Notes under the pieces: model-generated
What the model was told of the DNA's origin: nothing
Seen by the model: the letters and a program-made list of their open reading frames with translations, nothing else
Database searches by the model: none
Shown here: one piece after another, positions 48,122 to 57,723 of the stretch
Layout of the letters: every line of letters begins with the position of its first letter
Numbering within the stretch: the first letter of the stretch is position 1
Program-made: the position numbers and the translations under genes
Source of the DNA: Oligoflexia bacterium
GTDB taxonomy: Bacteria; Bdellovibrionota; UBA1018
Length of the DNA: 64,000 bases
Direction of reading: 5' to 3'
NCBI GenBank assembly: GCA_014378465.1
Contig: JACMNQ010000033.1
Span: 5,578 to 69,577 of the forward strand

Positions 48122-50581
48122 ATGTCGAAATTCAAGAAAATCGGAATCGTCATCAGCGTGTTCATCGCGATCTTTCTGCTGGCCGCAGTCATCGTCCCTC
48201 TGGTGGTCAATGTGGACCAGTACCGTCCCAAGATCGTTCAGAGCGCCAACGAACGCCTGAATGGCAAACTGGAGCTGGGAAAACTTTCCCTCTCGCTCTG
48301 GGGGCAGATCCGAATTCAGATCGAGGGCCTTTCCTTGGCGGACGCGCAGGGCAGAAAAGTGGTCGGAGTGAACGACGCTTTCTTTCATGTCGCCTTCAGT
48401 TCGATCTTCAGTGGATCTCCACTCCTCACGCTCAAGATGGATCAACCGGATCTCGAGATCGTGAAGGACAAGACGGGTAAAATGAACGTCATGACCCTGA
48501 TGAAGGAATCCCCCGCTCAAACGCCGGCGGGAACTCCTTCCGCCGGAGCACCCTCCGCTCCGAGCGAGCCGATGAATATTCCGGCAATCGCCACTCGCAC
48601 TCGTCTGGGAGTCGAAATGACTCACGCGAAAGTGACCTACAAGGACGAGCTTTCTGGCATGAATACTTCCTTCAAGGATCTCAACATGGTCCTGAAGGAC
48701 ATTTCCCTCAGCCGTCCCACCGAAATTGCAATCTGGGGTGAAATGGATACGACCTTGGGCAAGACCCTGTCGGTCAAAGGACCCATCCGGATTGACGGTC
48801 AGGCGCAGCCGACTTTGGCTGACGGAAAATTTCAGAAGGCCACTCTCCAGTTCAAAGCGAACGCGGATGATCTCGAAATCATCTCGGGCACCCTTTTCCA
48901 CAAGAAAAAGGGGATTCCGGCTCACGTCGAAGGAACTTTCGAATCCACGCCCGATGTCGCGACGATCAAGAGTCTGATCACGAAGTTTCACAATGCTGAA
49001 GTTTCCGTATCTGGACAGATCTCGCAGCTCGGTGCTCCAGCCTCGGCCGCAGGTGTGAAGCCGAGCCCGGTGGTGCAGCTTCTGATCAAGTCCAATGAGA
49101 TTGAACTCAAGCCCTGGTCTGATCTCGTTCCGATGCTCAAGGAATATGAACTCGGAGGCACGGCCGGTTTCAACGCGAACGTCGAAGGTCCAGCCGACAA
49201 GCTGGGCTACCAGGCTGATCTCGCCGTCAAGGCACTCACTGCGAAGTCCGTCTACCTCAAGACCGAGCCCCGCATGGACGCTTCGGTTCATGTCGTCACG
49301 GACAAGATCGAAAAAATGCTCCTGACGATGAAAGCTCCGGGCAACGATCTCAAGATCGAAGGCTCGCTGGTCTCTTTCACTCAGCCCAAGGCGAACTTTC
49401 AAGTCACGTCGACCGGGATGGATCTGGATGAAATGATCAATTTGCCTCCCTTGGGTGCCAAAGCCAAAGTGAAGCATTCGGCCGCCACGGCGGATCAACA
49501 GACTCCGGGCAACGCCGGAGGCACGGTGGGAGCTTTTGCTGCTGAAGAAAATTATGATGCTCTCCTGCAGCCCCTGCGTGAGAACAAGCTGGCCGTGGCA
49601 ACCACCGCCAACGTTGGCCTGAACCTCGCTTTCATCAAGGTCTACGGGATCAAGATGTCCGAAATCAACTCCAAGCTTTCGATGAGTGATCTGGTCGCCA
49701 CGATCAACTCCTTCGGAATGAAGGTCTGGGGGGGTACTCTAGGTGCCAACATGTCGATGGATCTGAAGCCGAAGGCTCCGACTTACCGTTTCGCCGCCGC
49801 GGTCTCCGGTCTTGATCTGAAGCAGGCGGTCGCTTCTCAGATGCAGTTGCTGAAGGACACGGTTCTGGGCACTGCTGCCTTCAAGATGGAAGGTTCAGGC
49901 GTGAGTTTCAATCCCACTCCAGCGAAATCCAATCTCAATGCCAAAGGAAACATGAAGATCGAAAAAGCCACATTCGCGACGATTGATGTCGGCAAGATGG
50001 CGACGGACGCAGTCAACAAGGCGATTGACCGGGTGGCTGAGAAAATTCCGGCGGTCAAAGGCAAAGGAGTGAAGGGCCTTCCGGGCGGAGCATCCCGCTA
50101 CGAAGTGATCTCTTCAGATTTCACGATCGCGGGTGGAAAGTTCTCCGCACCGAATTTCATCGCTCGCGCCGAGAAGAACGCCGGCATCGACCTGAACGGA
50201 AACACGACAGTCGGGATGGTGGATTACTCTCTCAAGGCTGCCTGGGAACTGGTCGACACTTACAATCTGACTCATGCACGTGACATCTCGGTCAGTCAGA
50301 ATGGCGTGAATGTCGAGCATCTGCTTGCGGAGAAGGATAAGCCTGTACGCTTTCCAGTCGAAGTGGGCTGTACGGTGACCGCACCCTGCTACTCCTACAC
50401 GCAGGTGCCTGAGTTTCTCGCGAAAGTGGCGTTCAACAACGCGACGGGAGCAGTGACCGGGAAAGCCAAGGCCGAAGTTCAGAAACGCACGCAGCAGAAG
50501 GTCGAAGAACTGTCCAGGAAAGCACCGGCTCCGGTTCAGAATGCGATCAAGGGTCTCGGAAAGAAGCTTTTCGGAGGCTGA
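48122..50581 (+). CDS. AsmA family protein
   Basis: N-terminal TM followed by VNVDQYRPKI; beta-rich body; AsmA-like C-terminus; AAGGAG RBS. Confidence 0.8.
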   Translation: MSKFKKIGIVISVFIAIFLLAAVIVPLVVNVDQYRPKIVQSANERLNGKLELGKLSLSLWGQIRIQIEGLSLADAQGRKVVGVNDAFFHVAFSSIFSGSPLLTLKMDQPDLEIVKDKTGKMNVMTLMKESPAQTPAGTPSAGAPSAPSEPMNIPAIATRTRLGVEMTHAKVTYKDELSGMNTSFKDLNMVLKDISLSRPTEIAIWGEMDTTLGKTLSVKGPIRIDGQAQPTLADGKFQKATLQFKANADDLEIISGTLFHKKKGIPAHVEGTFESTPDVATIKSLITKFHNAEVSVSGQISQLGAPASAAGVKPSPVVQLLIKSNEIELKPWSDLVPMLKEYELGGTAGFNANVEGPADKLGYQADLAVKALTAKSVYLKTEPRMDASVHVVTDKIEKMLLTMKAPGNDLKIEGSLVSFTQPKANFQVTSTGMDLDEMINLPPLGAKAKVKHSAATADQQTPGNAGGTVGAFAAEENYDALLQPLRENKLAVATTANVGLNLAFIKVYGIKMSEINSKLSMSDLVATINSFGMKVWGGTLGANMSMDLKPKAPTYRFAAAVSGLDLKQAVASQMQLLKDTVLGTAAFKMEGSGVSFNPTPAKSNLNAKGNMKIEKATFATIDVGKMATDAVNKAIDRVAEKIPAVKGKGVKGLPGGASRYEVISSDFTIAGGKFSAPNFIARAEKNAGIDLNGNTTVGMVDYSLKAAWELVDTYNLTHARDISVSQNGVNVEHLLAEKDKPVRFPVEVGCTVTAPCYSYTQVPEFLAKVAFNNATGAVTGKAKAEVQKRTQQKVEELSRKAPAPVQNAIKGLGKKLFGG

Positions 50582-50643
50582 TTCACGCCTGCTCAGGTGA
50601 ATCTCCAGTCGAGGAAGATTCAGCATATTCAAAAGGAAAGATC

Positions 50644-51138
50644 ATGAAAATCACAACGACTCGGACATTAAATCGTACATTGAATCGGATAGGGGCGTCT
50701 CTGATTCCCGCGCTCGTGGTGACAATCACGCTCGGTGCCTGCTCGCACGAAAAGACGATGAACCGCGCGAAGGAAACGGCAGCCCGCTACTGGCAGGACA
50801 AGGCTTATCCTGGCAAGTCCTATGACGTGCAGGTGACGGAGGCCACGAAAGCCGATGATGGCACTTACCGGGTCAAGGGGATTGTGGACGGTGAAACCCG
50901 GGTCGGAAGTTTCAATCCGGACACCGAAAATTTCTCGGAAGGGTACTACGCTCTTTCTCACGAGAAGACCAAGCACATCGCTGAACTTGAACAGGAGTCC
51001 AAGTACTGGAAAGAGAAGGCCGAGAGCCTCGAAAAGGAAAATTACAAACTCAAGGTGCGTCTGAACATGGCTCAGGGAAAGAAGACGCTTCCCGGTGATG
51101 ATGGCGATGAAGATTCGGCTGCTCCCGCAAAAAAGTGA
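50644..51138 (+). CDS. Hypothetical lipoprotein
   Basis: Lipobox LGAC; C-terminal coiled coil. Confidence 0.7.
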   Translation: MKITTTRTLNRTLNRIGASLIPALVVTITLGACSHEKTMNRAKETAARYWQDKAYPGKSYDVQVTEATKADDGTYRVKGIVDGETRVGSFNPDTENFSEGYYALSHEKTKHIAELEQESKYWKEKAESLEKENYKLKVRLNMAQGKKTLPGDDGDEDSAAPAKK

Positions 51139-51150
51139 AAAGGATGATTC

Positions 51151-52062
51151 ATGCTTCGTGCTTCAATTGATCTCGGCACCAATACCTGCCTTCTGCTTCT
51201 TTCGGACTGGGATGAAAAATCTCGTCAGGTGACTCGGACGGTAAGTGATCACTCCACCGTGGTACGCCTGGGGCAGGGCGTGGACCGAGACCGCGAACTC
51301 CATCCTGACGCAGTCGCAAGGACCCTGGCGTGTCTCAAGTCGTACTCGGACAAAGTCAAAGCTGTGGGCCTGAAGCCCGAGCAGGCACTCTGTGTGGCGA
51401 CGTCTCAGGCACGTGACGCTCGCAACGGCACTGAGTTCTTCTCCCGGGTCAAAGCCGAAACCGGTTTCGAGTTTCAGACGATCACCGGCGATCAGGAAGC
51501 GCAGTTCACTTTTCTCGGCGGACTCCTGCCCGGGATGAAGCCCGAGGATCATTCCGTGGTCGATATCGGCGGCGGCAGCACCGAACTCATGAGCAGTGCC
51601 GGGGGCCTCAGCATCGATGTCGGCTCCGTGCGGATGACCGAGCGTTTTCTGAAGAGTGACCCCGTCACGGATGAAGAATTCTGGGCCTGTCAGGACTCGA
51701 TCGACGAACTTCTGTCCAAGGCGGTCCATTGGCGCGAAACGACTCCGGCAAAGTCGCAGTTGGTTGCAGTCGCTGGAACCGCCACCACCCTGGCAGCCTG
51801 GCACGCTGAGCTCACGCAGTTTGATGCGACCCGGATCGATCAAGTCGTCCTCACTCGCGGCGACGTCCACCGCATGGTGGAGGAACTCAAGTGGCGTACC
51901 GTCGCCGAACGAAAAGAAATCACCGGCATCGAGGAAGGGCGCGCGGACGTTCTTCTGGCTGGATCACTGATCCTCTGGCGTGCGATGGAGCTGCTTCACT
52001 TCAAAGAGTGCCATGTGAGCAGTCGGGGACTTCGATACGGGATTCTGAATCTTGGGGAGTAG
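51151..52062 (+). CDS. ppx: Ppx/GppA family phosphatase
   Basis: IDLGTN, VRLG, ATS.AR.A.N, DIGGGSTE and GLRYG motifs. Confidence 0.92.
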   Translation: MLRASIDLGTNTCLLLLSDWDEKSRQVTRTVSDHSTVVRLGQGVDRDRELHPDAVARTLACLKSYSDKVKAVGLKPEQALCVATSQARDARNGTEFFSRVKAETGFEFQTITGDQEAQFTFLGGLLPGMKPEDHSVVDIGGGSTELMSSAGGLSIDVGSVRMTERFLKSDPVTDEEFWACQDSIDELLSKAVHWRETTPAKSQLVAVAGTATTLAAWHAELTQFDATRIDQVVLTRGDVHRMVEELKWRTVAERKEITGIEEGRADVLLAGSLILWRAMELLHFKECHVSSRGLRYGILNLGE

Positions 52063-52169
52063 GTAAGAATCCCATCTAATCCCATCATCAATCGTTAGAC
52101 TCCTTCGAGCGCATTCTCCCGCCAGAAGCGTAGTTTGCATGAATCGGGCAATGCCCAGAAGGAATGCAT

Positions 52170-52622
52170 ATGAAAATGATGATGAACGTTCTCTCGATGT
52201 CTGTGTTGGCTGCAGTTTCCGGTTCCACCGCCTTTTCCGCTGATCTGAGTCCATTGACCACGGTGAAGATCTCGGCAGGCTCCATCCTGGCCAATGAAAA
52301 GGGGATGACGGTCTATATTTTTGACAAGGACGCACGCGGACTTTCGGTCTGCTACGACGGCTGCGCGAAAGCCTGGCCTCCGGTCTTCGTCGCCGCAGAT
52401 CTACAAGTGTCCGCACCTCTGACGATCCAGGCCCGCCGTGACGGGGCTCATCAACTGGTGCTGAACGGAAGCCCCCTCTATCTCTATGCGAACGATCAGA
52501 AGACCACTGACACGAACGGCGACGGACTCGGCGGCATCTGGCACATCATTTCGGCACCGGCTTCCGCAACTTTCGTGGATCCCGCATCATCCGATATTTC
52601 TGACGTCGCCGATTTTCAATAA
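52170..52622 (+). CDS. COG4315 (Yx(FWY)xxD repeat) secreted protein
   Basis: GMTVYIFDKD..CYDGCAKAWPP and PLYLYAND..NGDGLGGIWH repeats. Confidence 0.85.
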   Translation: MKMMMNVLSMSVLAAVSGSTAFSADLSPLTTVKISAGSILANEKGMTVYIFDKDARGLSVCYDGCAKAWPPVFVAADLQVSAPLTIQARRDGAHQLVLNGSPLYLYANDQKTTDTNGDGLGGIWHIISAPASATFVDPASSDISDVADFQ

Positions 52623-53217
52623 ATGAACTGACAGTTCCTTGAATCCGCGATCCGGCGATAGCCGATCTTCTGATAGATCGAATTGGATGTCGGATTGTTG
52701 AGATCGGTATGCAGAACGCAGAACTTCTTGCCTCGATGGAGTCCTTCCTGACTGACTGCCGCAACCAGGCGCATCGCATGGCCCTGTTTGCGGCGGGCCG
52801 GCGGAGTGTAGACCCCATTCACCGTGATGGTGTTGCGAGTGGGTCTGGCAAGAGAGGCCATCGCGACCGGGCTGCCCCCGAAATCCCAGAGAAAGGTTCG
52901 CATTTCATTCACGCGCAGTTCGCTCGCCCGAGTTGCCTCTTCAGTGGAATAGGGCTCAAACGGGAGGGCCTCCCGGTGAAACTCAAGACTCCACTTCGCC
53001 ACAAGTTCAATGTCCCGACTTTCCATCACCCGCCATGAGTCGTGCCTGCAGCGGAGTCTGACGGGACATGCGCCAAGTATGCCTTTTCCGGGGCAGGGGA
53101 GTTCGCCTGCTGCTCCAGGGTTCCGGGCAGGACACTGTTTCCGCTCTCCCTCGCTTCGGGAGAAGGACGTAACTCCTTCAAAAAAAGAGAGGCATCCGTA
53201 TGAATCTTCAATTTCAT
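52616..53217 (-). pseudogene. Split/deleted two-domain GNAT acetyltransferase
   Basis: C-terminal ORF has VYTPPARRKQGHA and NPTSNSIYQKIGY; a short upstream 63-aa ORF resembles the N-terminus; the middle appears to be missing. Confidence 0.55.
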
Positions 53218-53264
53218 GTCCGATGCCTCCTCAGAATTTTTCAGTTGAAATTGAAAGTGCGATC

Positions 53265-53516
53265 TCAGAAGCCGAGTTCGGCTCTCAGATTCCGTGCAAG
53301 CTCCGGATCGCGTTGCCCGAGGCGGCGCAGAAGGGAGTCGCGAAACTGCGGGTCAGCGATGCGGAGCATCTCCAAAACCTGGTCAAAGCCGTCGACTTTG
53401 ATCGTCGCTTCCTCGGAGGGCGCGGACGGCGCAGAAAGGTTGCCATTCCGTTGATCCGAAGGGTGTTGCGGATTGCGTCTGTTCTGACCAGATTCGGTTC
53501 TTGTATTGTAATTCAT
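53265..53516 (-). CDS. Small protein resembling a FliG segment
   Basis: DGFDQVLEML..AD..F.DSLL..L..RDPELARNLR resembles the FliG GG..AAEIL..DPELA..IR helices. Confidence 0.55.
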   Translation of the reverse strand: MNYNTRTESGQNRRNPQHPSDQRNGNLSAPSAPSEEATIKVDGFDQVLEMLRIADPQFRDSLLRRLGQRDPELARNLRAELGF

Positions 53517-53974
53517 GCTTTGGAGATCTCCTTTTCTCGCTTGGCACTGTTTCGTTCAGCTTTCTTCTCTTGTTCGTGAAGACTCTCCGCAGTCGCCTGC
53601 ATCTGTTTTCGAATCGACTCAAGCTGCATCTCGCTGTTCTTTTTGTATTCCGCGATGCGCTGCTGATAGGACGTCTTCACCTTCGTGAGTTCGTCTTCTC
53701 CCGCCTTTTTTTCCGCCCCCACACGCTCTTCGTTTCTTGAACGGACATCGTGCAGGTGCTGTTCAAGATTCTCAGCTTCCTGAGAGATTTGAACGTCATA
53801 CCCATTCTTCAGAGTTTCCAATTGCTGGGTATGATTCTCGAGCGTTCGAGTCACTTCCACGGAGTTGTGCTCCTGGATCTCGCGGACTTCGTTTTCATGG
53901 CGATTCTGCAACTGAGATCTGGCATTCCTCAATCGGATCTCGTCACTTTGAATTGATGAACCCACATCAGGCAT
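53513..53974 (-). CDS. Hypothetical coiled-coil protein
   Basis: E/Q/K/R-rich helical composition; GAGGGG RBS; ATGA overlap with the downstream gene. Confidence 0.65.
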   Translation of the reverse strand: MPDVGSSIQSDEIRLRNARSQLQNRHENEVREIQEHNSVEVTRTLENHTQQLETLKNGYDVQISQEAENLEQHLHDVRSRNEERVGAEKKAGEDELTKVKTSYQQRIAEYKKNSEMQLESIRKQMQATAESLHEQEKKAERNSAKREKEISKA

Positions 53975-54201
53975 TCCATTGCCCCTCTGTTTTCAAGTAT
54001 GCCCGAAACCGGTGAAGGGAAGCAAACGGGCAGAATTTTCCCGGTCATGAAACAGCTTCCAATCCGCTCCCAGCAAGGGGTGCTCCTTTTGCCGCAGGAT
54101 GGAAATCCGTTCACACTCTCAGTCAAAATTCTGACGCCGTTCAAGTCGCTCGCCGCTTCTTCAATTTCCAAATCCTTCAGACTTCAAGTACGATCACACA
54201 C

Positions 54202-55386
54202 ATGAATCCCTCTCTCGTGTTCCTCGCAGGCAAACGCACTCCCTTTGGCTCAAACGGCGGATCCCTCAAGGACGTCAATCCAACCCAGCTGGGAGTCGCG
54301 GCGTCGCGAGCGGCGCTTGAGCAGGCGGGCGTCAGCCCGGAGCAGATTGATCATGTGATCTTCGGAAACGTTCTGCACTCGGCTCCTGACAGCATCTTTA
54401 CGCCTCGTCACATCGGTCTTCATCTCGGCATTCCTCAGAACGTCCCGGCCCTGGGCATCAACCGGCTCTGCGGTTCAGGATTTCAGACGATCATTGAGGC
54501 CTATCACCAGATGCTTGCCGGCGACACGCAGGTCGCGCTCGTCGGCGGCGTCGAAAACATGAGCATGACTCCCTATGCGCTGCGCGGAGCGCGCTGGGGA
54601 ATGAAGATGGGGCATCAGCAAGTGGTCGATGTGCTCGTCGAAAGTCTCACGGATTCCTATTGTCAGGCCCCGATGGCGATCACAGCTGAGAATCTCGCTG
54701 AGCAGTACAAAGTTTCGCGCGAAGAGTCCGATGTCTTCTCGCTTCGCAGTCAACGACTCTGCAAAGAGGCCACTGCCGAAGGTCGCTTCAGATCCGAGAT
54801 CACACCTTTTGCCATCAAGGACAAAAAAGGCAATGAGACGCTGCTCACTGCCGACGAACATCCAAGACCCGAGACGACCGCCGAAGGCCTCGCCAAGCTC
54901 AAGCCTCTGTTCAAGAAAGACGGCATCGTCACTGCGGGGGCCGCAAGTGGTGTGGTGGACGGAGCTGCGGCCCTCGTGGTCTCCACGGAAGAACGTGCCA
55001 AAAAAGAGGGATGGAAGCCTCTGGGACGCATGGTCTCCTACGGCATCGTCGGCTGTGATCCAAAGATCATGGGCATCGGCCCGGCTCCGGCCAGTCGGAT
55101 CGCGCTTCAGCGTGCGGGCCTGACTCTGGACCAGATGGACTTGATTGAAGTGAATGAAGCCTTCGCGCCTCAGGCCCTGGCAGTTCAGCGTGAGCTCAAA
55201 ATTCCGCTCGAAAAGTTCAACCTGAGTGGGGGAGCCATCGCCATCGGTCACCCGCTCGCAGCGAGTGGAACCCGAATCGTCCAGAACCTCCTCTACGAAC
55301 TCAAGCGCCGTGGGAAGAGATATGGCCTCGGAACTGCCTGTATCGGAGGCGGTCAGGGGATCGCCATCATTTTGGAAGCTTACTGA
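54202..55386 (+). CDS. Acetyl-CoA C-acyltransferase (thiolase)
   Basis: NRLCGSG, NEAFA, GHPLAASG and CIGGGQG motifs. Confidence 0.95.
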   Translation: MNPSLVFLAGKRTPFGSNGGSLKDVNPTQLGVAASRAALEQAGVSPEQIDHVIFGNVLHSAPDSIFTPRHIGLHLGIPQNVPALGINRLCGSGFQTIIEAYHQMLAGDTQVALVGGVENMSMTPYALRGARWGMKMGHQQVVDVLVESLTDSYCQAPMAITAENLAEQYKVSREESDVFSLRSQRLCKEATAEGRFRSEITPFAIKDKKGNETLLTADEHPRPETTAEGLAKLKPLFKKDGIVTAGAASGVVDGAAALVVSTEERAKKEGWKPLGRMVSYGIVGCDPKIMGIGPAPASRIALQRAGLTLDQMDLIEVNEAFAPQALAVQRELKIPLEKFNLSGGAIAIGHPLAASGTRIVQNLLYELKRRGKRYGLGTACIGGGQGIAIILEAY

Positions 55387-55445
55387 GGGCTTGCGGACCC
55401 TGCCTTGGCTTGAATCCTGACCAAAAAGCTGCTACTTTACGCGAC

Positions 55446-55721
55446 ATGATCGATCAAGTCTCCCTGCTCGGCGAAAAAATCACGCTCAAGACTGCCGGTG
55501 ATCCCGAACACGTTCGGGAGGTCGTCGGGCTCGTCAACGAGCGGATCGCGGCCGCGGAGAAACGGATCAGGACTGGAGCCCCTCATCACGTCGCGCTCCT
55601 GGCGCTTCTCGATCTGGCGGAAGAGTACGTCCAGGCAAAAAAGCGCGCGGTACTTCACAAGAAGGATCTCGACGACAAATCTCGCGAACTCGTGGGACTG
55701 ATCGAGGCAGAGCTGAAGTGA
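55446..55721 (+). CDS. zapA: Cell division protein ZapA
   Basis: V.LLG..I.L, V..V..RI and ALLALLDLAEEY motifs; synteny with ygfA-rny; start may extend to 55410. Confidence 0.8.
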   Translation: MIDQVSLLGEKITLKTAGDPEHVREVVGLVNERIAAAEKRIRTGAPHHVALLALLDLAEEYVQAKKRAVLHKKDLDDKSRELVGLIEAELK

Positions 55722-56383
55722 TGCCTCCTCTCAGTTCCTCGGGCAGTACCCGGTCGCAGATCCTGGCGCTCCGACGTTCGCTCTCGGACGCCGAAACTCA
55801 GGACAAAAGCGCCGAAGTCTGCGCGAACTTCCTGACGGTCCTGAACTCAGTCATTCCGAGGGACTTTCTGAAAGGGAAGGCCGTCGGGATCTACCGGACG
55901 CGGTATTCCGCCCTTCCGGGTGAACTCAATCCCATTTCACTCGAGTCCGCCTTGATCGAGCAGGGAGCCACTCTCCTTTATCCCAGAGTGGAGAGCTCGA
56001 AGCAGACCGACGGGATCCTTTTCCGCAGTCTTGAGTTTGCTCCTGCCACTCTCGATGACCACTGGACCACTGGGGCCTACGGACTGCAGGAACCCACCTC
56101 GCATTGCGCGGCAATTTCACCGGCGGACCTTGATCTGATCTTCGTTCCGGGGGTCGTCTTCGGTCGTTCTGGCGACCGCATCGGGATGGGCGGAGGGTAC
56201 TACGACCGCTACCTGGCGAAGGCGCCACAGGCATACCGCATTTCACTGGCCTTTGATTTTCAGCTCGTCGAAGGACTGGAACAGGAAAGCTGGGATCAGC
56301 GCGTTGACTGGATCATCACACAGTCTGAAAGTGTATGCGTTCGGAAGCTCGAAGCCGTTTCAAGAGTGAAGGAAGTCCCATGA
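55718..56383 (+). CDS. ygfA: 5-formyltetrahydrofolate cyclo-ligase
   Basis: YGLQEP, DLIFVPGVVF, RIGMGGGYYDRYL and WDQRVDWIIT motifs. Confidence 0.92.
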   Translation: MMPPLSSSGSTRSQILALRRSLSDAETQDKSAEVCANFLTVLNSVIPRDFLKGKAVGIYRTRYSALPGELNPISLESALIEQGATLLYPRVESSKQTDGILFRSLEFAPATLDDHWTTGAYGLQEPTSHCAAISPADLDLIFVPGVVFGRSGDRIGMGGGYYDRYLAKAPQAYRISLAFDFQLVEGLEQESWDQRVDWIITQSESVCVRKLEAVSRVKEVP

Positions 56384-57702
56384 AGTTTTTCGTGTTTCTC
56401 AGAAATCTTCTCTTCGGCGTGAAGCCTCCTGCAGCCACGCCACTTTCGCTGCTCGTCCCGGAAGTGCAGACTCTTCCCGCGCCATCTGTTTCGGAGCCTG
56501 CTCCAGAGGCTTCAGCACCTGTAAAAAAATCGCGGGACCCGGCTCTAGCGAAACAGGCGACTCGGATCCCTTCTGCTCCATCCATTCCCACGAAGAAAAC
56601 TGCCCCGGCACCGGCCGCGCTTCCGACCACGAGTTTCACCGTGCGTACCCAGACTCCACTTCAGCCGGACTATCTCGATGAGCAGGAACAGGCGCTTCGC
56701 CTGCTCACGATCGCGATTTCACGGCAGGCCACGAAGTTCGCCACTCAGTCGGTCACAACGACTGTCAAGTTCACGGCCGCTCAACTGAATGAAGGCATCA
56801 AGAGCAAGATCGTCGGAAAAGAGGGCCGCAATGCCCGTCATTTTGAAGAGAAGTCCGGAGTCGATCTGCTCCTCAATGACCAGCCCGATGCAGTCGTGGT
56901 CTCGAGCTTTGATCCCTTCAGAAGAGAAGTGGCCAGAGCCGCACTCGAGATTCTGGTGAGGGATGGCCGCATTCAGCCCGCAAAGATCGAAGAAGCGCTC
57001 GCTCACGCGAAAATTCAGGTCGATGCTCAGACGCGGGACTACGCGACTCGTGCTGCAAAGGAGCTGGGCCTCAGCAACATTCACCCTGCGATCCTGAGAG
57101 TGCTCGGCACTCTTCAGTTCCGTACGAGCTTCACTCAGAATCAGCTGGAGCATTCGGTCGAGACTGCCTGGCTCTGCAGCACTCTTGCATCAGAAATGGG
57201 CTATGACGCTGAGCTCGCGAAGCGCGCAGGCCTGCTTCATGACCTGGGCAAGGCGCTGGATCAGAAGCACGATGGCGGGCACTCCGAGTCTGGCGCTGAG
57301 TTCGCGAAAAAGTATGGGGAGTCCGAACTCGTCGTTCGCGCCATCGCCGCTCATCATGAAGAAATCCTGCCGGAAACGTGGCTCGATCATCTGGTCATCG
57401 CAGCCGATGCGCTTTCGGGCGCAAGGCCTGGGGCGCGCAACGGCTCCACCCAGAATCTCATGGAGCGCTCCGCTTCAATGGAAAAGATCGCTCGCGAAAT
57501 TCCAGGCGTGACCGAGAGTTACGCCGTGCAGGCCGGCCGGGAGCTCCGTGTTTTTGTGGACTGTGATCAGGTGAGTGACCAGAAGGCTCGAGAGCTGGCT
57601 GGAGAAATCGCTGAACGTATCCAGGCAGACGTCAAATTTCCAGGCCAGATCAAAGTGACCGTGTTGCGTGAACTTCGTGTTACAGCGATGGCACAGCGTT
57701 AG
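56380..57702 (+). CDS. rny: Ribonuclease Y-like protein (KH and HD domains) with an atypical N-terminus
   Basis: IVGKEGRN (KH), SFDPFRRE, LLHDLGKA (HD), ADALSGARPGAR, QAGRELRV and PGQIKVTV motifs. Confidence 0.88.
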   Translation: MKFFVFLRNLLFGVKPPAATPLSLLVPEVQTLPAPSVSEPAPEASAPVKKSRDPALAKQATRIPSAPSIPTKKTAPAPAALPTTSFTVRTQTPLQPDYLDEQEQALRLLTIAISRQATKFATQSVTTTVKFTAAQLNEGIKSKIVGKEGRNARHFEEKSGVDLLLNDQPDAVVVSSFDPFRREVARAALEILVRDGRIQPAKIEEALAHAKIQVDAQTRDYATRAAKELGLSNIHPAILRVLGTLQFRTSFTQNQLEHSVETAWLCSTLASEMGYDAELAKRAGLLHDLGKALDQKHDGGHSESGAEFAKKYGESELVVRAIAAHHEEILPETWLDHLVIAADALSGARPGARNGSTQNLMERSASMEKIAREIPGVTESYAVQAGRELRVFVDCDQVSDQKARELAGEIAERIQADVKFPGQIKVTVLRELRVTAMAQR

Positions 57703-57723
57703 AGAAACCCTTTAGAAAGTTTT

